Assembly: GCA_964057225.1 (NCBI GenBank)
Contig: OZ059895.1
Location: forward strand, 5,332,001 to 5,396,000
Direction: 5' to 3'
Origin: Auanema rhodensis
Taxonomy: Eukaryota > Animalia > Nematoda
DNA: 64,000 nt
This document shows positions 42,221 through 64,000 of the stretch, piece by piece (position 1 is the stretch's first letter; each line of letters starts with the position of its first letter). The notes under the pieces were generated by a model. That model saw only the letters and a program-made list of their open reading frames with translations. It was not told the origin of the DNA and ran no database searches. A program made the translations under genes and the position numbers.

Positions 42221-43505
42221 ATGAATGTCTTCGATAGAGTACGTTTTTTCTTAATTTATTTGTAAAAGAAAAGTGCCTTTTTCATAATTGTTTTCTCAAA
42301 TCACTGCTTTTCTATACAAGTACTAGAGTTGTATTAATAAACAAGTTATAATGGTTATATATTCTATGTCTTTAGGTCCGCGAAAAAGCAAACGAAGCGA
42401 AATGGTCCAGTGTTCCATTCAAAGGATATGTAGCTGGTTCACCAAGCGATACTTTTAATGAAATCGTTACCATGTCGTGAGTTACAAATTTTTAATCAAG
42501 GCAAATTGAAATGTTACCTACTTCGATTTCTCACTGTTTTTAAATTTTCGAATTCCTTTTTAATTCGTTTTCTGAAATTCAAAAATCAAAGTTAAATTTT
42601 AAAACTTTGTTGTGGATATTTCGAAAGGCTCTCCGAGCAAGATCTAAACCAGATGTAACTTCTCATCACATGGTTTATTTTCTTTTTAAAAATCACAGAA
42701 AGAACGTTCAAATAACGAAAGTATAAAGAAGAATTTTCGGATTATGAGCAAGGTTCGCCAGCTGTTCTTCCATGAACGAAATTTTTTATTTTTGCCACAA
42801 TTTTAGTTTGTTCAACATATTCGCCCTCTACCAACCTTTACAAATATTATCAATTTGCAGTTTCCAAGATCTGAACAACAATTATAATCATGCTAAGCAT
42901 TCCCGTTACGAAGAAATGTACAAACCATACTTGGGTGCCTACCGGAACCGCAAAATGTACACTAGTCTGGCTCCGAGTCTATGCATGAACTATGGGTAAG
43001 CAGAGACTTTTGCTTATGTATCACTGTTTCCTTTAGAAATCGCAGATGTAGCTATTACGAAACTCCCCATAAAGCTTACTCACCCAAACAAGGAGAGTGG
43101 CTTGTCGAAAAAGATAAGGAATACAAAGTCCGTCTCCCAAGAAACCCAGTGCCTGCCAGGGCCACTAGCGAGCCTCCAACCGATAATCACCGAAGACGCT
43201 GTTATACCGTACCAACTTCCACAACAAGGTTTCCAGAAACATGGTGTTTTCCTATTTAACATTTTTTCCAGAGTTGATAATCACTTCCTATACTGGCAAG
43301 GAAGAGTGTCTGGAGTAAAATATATCGCTCCCTTCTTACAGTATCCCAACTATGGAATACAGGAGGTACATATATTACATTGTTCTATATTACATAAGTA
43401 TATTATCAGGATCGACGATACCAAAGAATCTTCTGGTCTCCAGAATTCATCAACATTACTCCTTCGTGCCGTCACGCCACTCATCTTATGCTTTCCGCTT
43501 ATTAA
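42221..43505 (+). CDS. Uncharacterised protein, 6 exons, about 200 aa, Tyr/Arg-rich
   Basis: Phase-consistent GT-AG exon chain MNVFDR|VREKANEAKWSSVPFKG...|FQDLNNN...|NRRCSYY...|VDNHFLYWQG...|DRRYQRIFWSP...SAY*. No domain recognised. Confidence 0.75.
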
Positions 43506-43856
43506 GAAAACTCAATATTATAAAGTGACTAATTCTTCATGAAAAAACGATCACAATCATAAAACATATATGTCCATTTTGAGGAACTATATGATATACA
43601 CTATATGTACAAGAATAATGTACAGAATACCATGCTAGGCATGATTGACTGTCATAATTAAAAAATTAGGGACAGGCACAGTGGTAGCAAATCTACAATT
43701 AAAAAATAATATTAACGTAAGATACAAGTTAAACACAGGCAATGTAAAGCATCAAAGTCATCACATTATATGCGACAAATAAATTGACCGGGAGAAGTTC
43801 AACCCTTTCGACTTATAACCGTAGTAGGAAAATTTAAAAGATCACAACCTATATGA

Positions 43857-46130
43857 CTAGCATGTAATTCCTCTTTTTCTGAGGTCATCGCCTTTGGCAG
43901 AATCTATATATTTCCTGAAACAAATAGAATACGTGATCATAATATATATATATATATTCTTACATTCTATATTTAGCAATCATTTCTGCTTTTCTCCGCC
44001 CAAACTCACTAGTAGCTTCGTCGTGAAGAACAACTTCATGATCGATTACCTCATCTTCACTTGAACTTAAGTCTTCAGCGTGAACTTCGTCATCTTCATC
44101 CTCGCTCTATAAAACAGTGAATAAAAGAATTTGAAAATAAATCTCTAAACCTCTTCGCCAGGTAAGGCTCCGACAAAGCCAACACGTCCTTCGAGAATAT
44201 TTTCTGTAGTCGCTTGTGTTGATCCACTGATTCGAAGATCATTGATTATAGCTTCTAAAGGCAACTGAGGGAACATCTCACGAACCTGGACATTTTGTTA
44301 GTGAATTATAATTTTAAAAATTAAGCATACCTGTTGAGCCATGCCCATAAGCTGTGAATCATCATGGGGAGCAAACTGTCTTCTTAAAAGAGGGCCAAAA
44401 ACTCCTCCTCCGGTAGACACTTCTATCGCAAAAGAAGGGAAACGAAGGAATCCAAATCTGGAATCAAATAAAATCTAATATTTTTTTTGAAGTCGAGTTG
44501 CATACCCTCCACCAATTCTAACTGTCGTTGTGTTCGAAACAGGAACAATTGGCTGTTGAGGTGAGGATACCGCTCTTCGACATGTAGGACAAGAGGCATC
44601 CTGAGCTAACCACCACATAAGACACCACTCATGGAAACGATGTTGGCATGGTAGGCAGCGAGAAGCTCCTAGTCCTTCCCAGCAAACTATAATCAAAGCA
44701 TTAACAAAAAAGTACCAGAATAAATACAAACCAATACAAAGATCGCCTTCTGGTGCTTTTTCAGCAGGATATGTCGATAAGATATGGTTGAAAATCATTT
44801 TATGTTTTAAATGGCGGTTCCAAGTGTTCATGATTGATCTGAAACAGTGATGAAAACTTTAAATGCAGAATTGCTAAAGTATACCCAAATGACTGCTTGA
44901 TATGATACATAAAAAATAGACAGGTTAAGTTGAAACCCAAAGGAGAATGGAACATAAGATGAAACTAAATTAGGATTTCTTGGACAAATTTAAAAACTAT
45001 CACTTACATAATTCAATACTTGGACTGAATCAATAACAATCGCTATTCCCAAGTCAAGCCAATAATTAAAATGCCGAACAGAGTCCGGTGATGCACTAAA
45101 TCTTTCAGAAGCTGAGAGACAACGTAGAAGACCGTGAACTGAGCGCAACAACGAGAGCAGTGACTGTAAGAATTAATTAATTAAAAATATCAAGTTTTGT
45201 AGCTTACGTCAACAAAAATGAAAAGGAAATAACTTAAAGAAACTTGACGGTTGTATTTTATTACGGAATGGAAGACAGAATAAGACACGAAAAATAATAA
45301 GAAGCACAACCACGATAGTCGACCTCCAGTTACTCCTGATGACGGTGAAACCTGAATAAAACTTGAAAAAATATTATGAAGCAGAATTGCTTACAAATTT
45401 AAATCTTTGATATGTCACTTGGTGCATAGCCGTCATAAAACCAGTGAACCCTAACCACATAAGCCAATGGTAGAAGTATGCTCCATGATTGGCACTACCA
45501 ACAACGGAGATAAATACAACACTAAAAGTATATTTTAACAAATAAGCAACGAACAGTAATTTTTACCTGAAGAGCAAGAATGAAAAGAAACCCTGACGAA
45601 CGATTTGTTCCTCCTAAATACTCATTTTACTAATAATTAAATAAAATGTTACAAACCTGTCGAGTTAACTCTTTACAGAAAAAATTGATTAATATTTTTG
45701 CATTAATTGCGAAAAAGGCAAAATAAGTATTTATAGCTATCTGAAAAGGATTGATAAGATCAAAAAAAAAATCAATATCATACACAAAGCAGGGGTTGGC
45801 TGTGAAATATAAAATAGACAGATTGAATAAAAATATTAGACGAAAGAACTTCTTTAGATTCAATATTTAATTCTGATAGCCAACCAAATGAAGAATTTCT
45901 AATTTCTTCCTCTAGTAAAGTTCGAATCTAAAAAATAAAGTTTGCCCCATTCAATTAAAAGCAGGAGCCTAAATCTCAATACTCACCTCTGGTTGATTTT
46001 GAAACGTGTTCATCACGTTACCAATCCCTATTCCAACTAAAACTAAGCTTATAGCATAATATGTGCTCAAAGATGGAAATCTAGATCTGCTCCACAGTGT
46101 TAGTAGGTTACTACGCCTTTCAGTTTCCAT
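43857..46130 (-). CDS. hrdl-1: AMFR/gp78-like ERAD E3 ubiquitin ligase (multi-TM, RING-H2, CUE)
   Basis: RING CIVCWE...LPCQHRFHEWCLMWWL...SCPTCR; FPSFAIEV; CUE domain QVREMFPQLP...DLRISGS...ENILEG. ATG at 46130, stop at 43857-43859. Confidence 0.88.
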
Positions 46131-46501
46131 GTTAATCTAGAAAATATTGCAATGAATAGAAGATTCTTAGATTTAAAAATGACGGAGAAAAGCAACCACG
46201 ACACTAAGAGACCGATATCAAAGTCACGTTGGCTTGATGTCACTCCCCGAAAACAAAAGATAACAGGTTTGTTGTTTGAAATTAGAACTACGCATGAGAA
46301 AAGGGAAAGCAGACAGTAGAATAGAACATATGCTTTCAAACCAAAAACACTCTTGGAACCAATATTTACTGCCGATGACAAACATACATGAGGTTCCGCG
46401 TACGTGAGTTGTAAAAATGCATACAACGGATATCCGCAAATTTAAATATTTAAGAAAACATTATCATAACTGTTTATTTACTATGACCTTATCTACTAAA
46501 T

Positions 46502-47039
46502 TTAGATGGATTCAGGATCAGCTTCAACAGCCTTGAACCAATGTCCGCACTCACAACGCTTTGGTGTTCCCATGCGGATGGTCATGAAGTTGACGTGTCC
46601 AGAGTCTGGCTCGCCTAAAATAAGAAAATCAGATAACTATGCATCTATACTAAAAGGTTTTCGAGAGCATGATGAGTTTCTAAATATATTATAAAATTAG
46701 TGTAAAACATACACATGCATCCAATAATTCTGTCTGGGTAATGAGTAGGAACCAAATTTGGCTTTTCCTTAGTAGAAGCCTCAGCGCGGTAGTAAACTTT
46801 AGGCTCATATCTCTAAAGCAAATTCATTAAAAAATTCCTAATTTTAAACTAACATCATCTCCAGCCAAACGAGCAAGAAGCATCTTCTTTTCACGTCCAG
46901 TAGCGTGCTCAAGAGGGTCTGGGTAGTATCCGTAGTCTTCTGGAGAAGCTTCAGAGGCAAATCCGCGAGAAGCAGAGACCATATTAACGGCTCTCTTGCT
47001 GAGAGAGCTGATCACACCACGAACAGCCAAACTAGCCAT
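46502..47039 (-). CDS. cox-5B: Cytochrome c oxidase subunit 5B (3 coding exons)
   Basis: Mitochondrial presequence MASLAVRG; DPLEHATGREK; zinc ligands GCMC...RCECGHWFK. Confidence 0.95.
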
Positions 47040-47766
47040 CCTTAAAAATAAATTATAAATGTTAAATTTGAGCAAGAAAAAAAATTCAACCAAATCAATT
47101 TATAACGAACACATCAATATTTTAGTTGAATAAAACCAAAATAAACTTTATTTACATATTTTTAATTGCATACAACAATCAATTATATTAATTATAAATT
47201 CTATATAACTTTATTAATTATTTTTATTCAAGATAAAACTAAAAAAATTTAAAAATCATAAATAGCCATCGATCCGCCCATCTGGATTGAACAGGAGAAA
47301 TGTTGAGCAAACGCACGGCCGTCATTTGAAGGGTTTTCGTGTCAAGACCATTTTGACGCGCGGTGCTCGAAAATGAACTTTTCTCTCAGTCAAAGTGTAT
47401 TGTAACATTTTCAAAGCTAACACGAGATGTTTACGAAACGTATGCGACAAAAAATATTGCTAAGTTACAAAAAGATATAAATGTAGTTAGTTATTTTTGC
47501 AAAGAGATATTTACAAATTCTTCAAAGAATTATCTGTCTGTGATGTTTTTATTGTAAATTGCATATAGATTTAGGTTTGTATTTCGTCCTCGGTGTGGTT
47601 GAATAGGATTCTTTGACGCTTCTAGATTGATTTGATTGAATATCGGGCATCTGAGAGAAGTGATAAAGACTTTAACATTGCAATAAAGGATGTACCGACT
47701 GGCAGAATAATTCATTGAAAAAGTTTCGGTCGGGACTACTGTTCAAGAAAGTCTTATTTAACGCTC

Positions 47767-48553
47767 CTACATCCACGGAACCGTATTTTTGCCGTATATT
47801 CTCAGTCGACGACATCTACCATACAGGTTGAAATAGAATTCAAGAATAGAACAAAACTTGAACTCTGATGCAATTGTTTCTATTTGATAAATGAAAAGCC
47901 ACATTTTTCCTATTTTTTAAAACAGATTTTAATGCAGTTACCATAATCCGAAATGTAAAAAATATTATTTAGATAATGTAAACCATAGAACATACTTCTG
48001 ATATTTCTAGATCGGTAACTTCTTCGGGGCAGGTTAATTTGAGTTTTTTTAGAAAACGATTTTCATTCATACGGAATCTTGATAAAACAAAATTATGCAA
48101 TATGATTGAATTATCACCTGGAAATTTGGTTCAACATTTCTGAAGTTAAGTTTTGTATTGGAGACCCAGCATCACTCAACAATTCATATTCCAACATATC
48201 TATACCATGTTCAGTCTTTTGTGAAACCTAAAACACCAAATAGTTAAGAAAGCATAGAATATTGTTTAACTCTGAAAAAGAATTACAGTTTCAATCTCGT
48301 TATCAAAATCATCAATGACAGGTATCGTTGTGTAGGAATATGGTCCACTGCTTGGAGAATAAGTAGAAATCATATCGGGTTCGTAAGATATAATCTATTA
48401 AGAATTAATAGAATATATAATATAAGTAATATCTGATGTAATAGCTATTTATTAAAACTTATTATGAACCTCGTTTTCTCCAATTACTAACGGTTCAATT
48501 AAAATTTGAATATGTTCAGGGAGCTCATAGTCACTCTCATTTTCAACCGACAT
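47767..48553 (-). CDS. Hypothetical acidic protein (multi-exon; 3' end uncertain)
   Basis: Phase-consistent exons MSVENESDYELPEH...|IISYEPDM...|VSQKTEHG...|FRMNENRF.... The final exon(s) could not be resolved and no domain was recognised. Confidence 0.35.
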
Positions 48554-49249
48554 TTAGGAAATACAAAGCGACCGATACAAGATTGAAATAGAAATCAAAA
48601 TGAAATTAATTAAAATGAATTTTTTTCAATTCAACAGAGAAAAGCGGTTGAACAATTTTTGTTCGAAATAAAATAATAAAACTTCATAGTTTGTTTAGAT
48701 TCTTACTAGGTTACTATTGTAATTTAAACAAAAATATTAATATACAAAATATCACTTAAGTATGTATTAACTATTTATCAACTTTTTAAATTATTTCAGC
48801 TTTCCAAGGTAAACTTAATATTCTGCTGATAGCACAATTTTTCAGTTTTATTTTGTTTTAAATAATTATGAAATACTAACTCAAGCCAATTATATTATAT
48901 AAATATAATAATTAAGCTTATGCCAAACATTTCCATTCAAATAAAGAATAAATTAAAAAGATACAACAAAACAAATAGAAAAAAACCAAATATTGTCAAT
49001 TAATGTTTTTTTTAATTGCTTTATTTTTATATTATATAATAACAAAGAAAATTCTCTTTTGTATTTCTTAATTATTTTATAAATAGGTATATAGATAGTA
49101 TGAAAAGTTTAATGACTATATCTTTATTAATATTCTGTATATGATTACCGTCTGTAGCCAGCCACCTGTTATGGAATCTGTTCTCAACTTATTAATCAGA
49201 CAATAGTCAATTCAGCTCATGGCTTTAGAGTTATACAATTAATCGTTTG

Positions 49250-49251
<2 letters not shown>

Positions 49252-49281
<30 letters not shown>
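49252..49281. repeat. (CT)n microsatellite
   Basis: Direct reading. Confidence 0.9.
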
Positions 49282-49285
<4 letters not shown>

Positions 49286-49992
49286 AGACATAAAGACAGA
49301 TAGGCAGTTTCATCCCAGTTGTCTAGTACGAACGTCTTGTGCAGATCTATTTTCAATCAAAAAGGTCATGCCCTACATGGATTGTGGCTAGCATCGCCTT
49401 AATTATGTGTTCTCGTCCAGCTGCCAGCAACATCTGTCCCCCTGCCTTCAGAATCTCTTCTAGCCTTTTCCTTTCTCTCACCCTCTCTCTCATGCAGGTT
49501 CTTGACTAAGTATTTAGATCATTTTCTCTCTTCTCTCTCTCTCCCTCATATGCTCTAGCTTACCTAACTACATGTTTACCTTCTGTAACGAAATATGAGA
49601 GGTACTAGAGATGGGTGCCAGAAAGGCAGAAATAAGAGAGAGAATAGGAAAATACGCGTTACTTGATACCATTTTTGATGCGGTAATAAGCTTTAAACCT
49701 TGCAAGCGGATAAGGGAAACATCTGACTTTAATACATAGATTTTGATCTGGCACCTTTCTCATTCTAATTGTATCTAGCCACTCGAACATCCAAGCGTGT
49801 TGCAACATGCGCTTTCCAATAAAAAATAAATTATTTATCAATGAAGAACGGGGAGAAAAATGACTGCTTGATGAGGCGTTTTCGAGTATAATGCTAAACA
49901 AGTCAATATTATATTGTCTTTAAAATATTCAAATTATTTTATATCGACTTTTTAAGCAACTATTACAGCTATTATATCGTAAACGTGCTTGC

Positions 49993-50020
49993 CGAGCTTG
50001 TCGAGCTTGTCGAGCTTGTC
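49993..50020. repeat. 9-bp tandem repeat (CGAGCTTGT)x3
   Basis: Direct reading. Confidence 0.8.
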
Positions 50021-51183
50021 AGTATATACATATTTGGTATATCATGGCAGCATACTTCGCTCAAAACTACTCTCGTTCTCCATTTTTCTCAAAAATTGTA
50101 ATATGTATTTCGTAATTGAAAAGCTAGTTAGTTAAGTTTTTGAAGAGACTAGTATTTTGAGAATAACTCAATTATTTGAAAATGATGTTCACAATATTTA
50201 AAATTCTTAGTCTTATACATATTGCGAGCTGTGAATACTAGCGTACGGCTCAAACATCTTAAGACAGTTTTCAGTTCATAACGACCACAACATCTGACTG
50301 GGCCGTTGGCTTCAGCATCAAGCTAAGATTATACCCAGAGGAAGTGAAGAGATATTTTGATCCATGAACCATCTAGTAGACTTGTCTTGCATCGTACGCT
50401 TTGGCTATTATACGGCCAGAGGCGTCATTTAGATCAGCTTCATCTTCTTCTCCATTTTCTGTTTGGTTTGCTATTCATTCTGTTGCTTTAACCCCCACGG
50501 GCATCGTTCAGCTTTTGCCTTTCAATTCACCGGAGACCTTTGATCCAACCATAACTGGTCATTTCGATTTCTCCCCAGACCGAAATCGAACCGGATCCGA
50601 CAAGCTGGTCGAGCTTCGGCTAACAGCTGTCCCTGCATGCTTGCATGGACCACGGCCAATCAGAAGCCGCTATGGGCGTGGCAGATGTCGCTGCCGGGTG
50701 CTCAACAAGGCAAGAAAGGAGAAGAGAGGAGAGGGGGTGAGTGAGAGAGTGGGCTCCACCCTTCTCCTACTCCTCTGCCTCTTCCAGCAACAACGACGTC
50801 GACGGCAACGAAGACAACCGGCTACTTCTCTATCTGTTCTATTTTTTATTTCCTATCAAGCGCTTGTCTAGCTTCAATGCTTCCTCATCTTCTTTCAAAT
50901 TGCCTTAAGCAGATTCTGACAATTCGAAATACATATTTTCCTTTTTGAACAAAATATTTTTCATTTAAAACGTCATTGCAATAATGTCCACTTCTTAAAG
51001 ATATTACTATTGCAACCATTCAATCGTTCAAACATTCATATAATACTTCAACTAAAGTTTTAAAAATTTATTATATTTTTATGTTTTTTTCATTTTTTTC
51101 TTTTTTTCGTTGAATATTACTATCGTATATACTTCAATGATTGTCGTTGTCGCCTATGGCATCAGAGGTTGGACGATCATCTG

Positions 51184-51186
<3 letters not shown>

Positions 51187-51229
<43 letters not shown>
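51187..51229. repeat. (CT)n microsatellite
   Basis: Direct reading, upstream of the unc-75 ATG. Confidence 0.9.
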
Positions 51230-51244
<15 letters not shown>

Positions 51245-51818
51245 GTTCCCTCTTTCTCTCTCCCCCTTCCTCTCTCTCTTTCTCTTTTTCTCTCTACGTC
51301 TTCTCTAAATTTATACCTCTTTCTTTCTCTTTCTCTCCACCTTACTTCTCTTCATCGTCTCCTCATTTCTTTTACTCTCATTTGCCATATATACTGAATA
51401 TGTGTCCATGTGTAGGGTGTCGCTGTTGCCTTGGTGAGGCGATTTAGCATCAACCACCACCACCACCGGAACCTACCACATCTTTCATCTCCTGTTCATA
51501 CAGCGATAGAGCATGAGACACAAAATACTTTGAAAAACTATCTGAGCATCTCATAACTATATTCGTAAAAAACAATATTTTATTCTGTTTAGCATATAGT
51601 TCTGCTGCAGCAGCTTGAGTTTCTTTTTTCCTCCAATACTCTCTCATTCAAATACTGATTTTCTCATTTCCATCTGTTTTCCTACTCACCTCTTGCCCAA
51701 TCCCGTATAATTAATTCGTTTTCGTTCATCTACGCTTTCGCAATTCTATTTCTCTTTAACATACCACTTCTATACTTTTTCAATGTTTTAGATGATTGTT
51801 TGACTGGACGATTGCAGC

Positions 51819-63778
<11,960 letters not shown>

Positions 63779-64000
63779 GTAAGTCTTGTATTCAAACGTT
63801 TATCTAATGTTCTCTCTTTTCTCATATATCTCTCATTCCTACTTGTTTTAATGTTAAAAATTCTCATCAATCTGCTCAGAACATGATTTCATAGGAATAT
63901 TTCATGAAATTTTTTTTTCACTTTCCGATTCCCCGTTTTTTGCCTCACACTGCTTACGTTTAATACTGTTGTTTCCACTGGTGTATATTTCCATTGACAG

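Overview
AT-rich eukaryotic genomic DNA, most likely from a rhabditid nematode. The evidence is 40-60 nt introns with TTTCAG/TTTTAG acceptors, the nematode-type histone stem-loop GGCCCTCTTTAGGGCC, and proteins resembling C. elegans ones. (1) 1-11121: the end of a nearly homogeneous tandem histone array with a 3544-bp unit. H3, H4, H2B and H2A are all on the minus strand and there is no H1. (2) A DPP6/DPP10-like peptidase gene (dpf-1-like, minus) with an intact catalytic triad and three candidate alternative first exons over about 9 kb. (3) tRNA-Glu(TTC). (4) A large cuticlin-type ZP-domain matrix protein gene with a roughly 2.9-kb exon of hierarchical Gly/Pro repeats. (5) lin-28 (minus), whose 3'UTR holds three lin-4-like CTCAGGAA sites and two let-7 seed sites within 84 nt. 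(6) An ACP5-like purple acid phosphatase, an uncharacterised gene, hrdl-1/AMFR and cox-5B (possible operon), and a weak hypothetical gene. (7) The 5' part of unc-75 (CELF), which runs off the end of the window. The best leads are the candidate elastomeric ZP protein, the lin-28 miRNA-site cluster, the dpf-1 alternative N-termini and the histone array architecture. Exon structures were read by eye. Orthology calls come from recalled protein motifs, not database searches.
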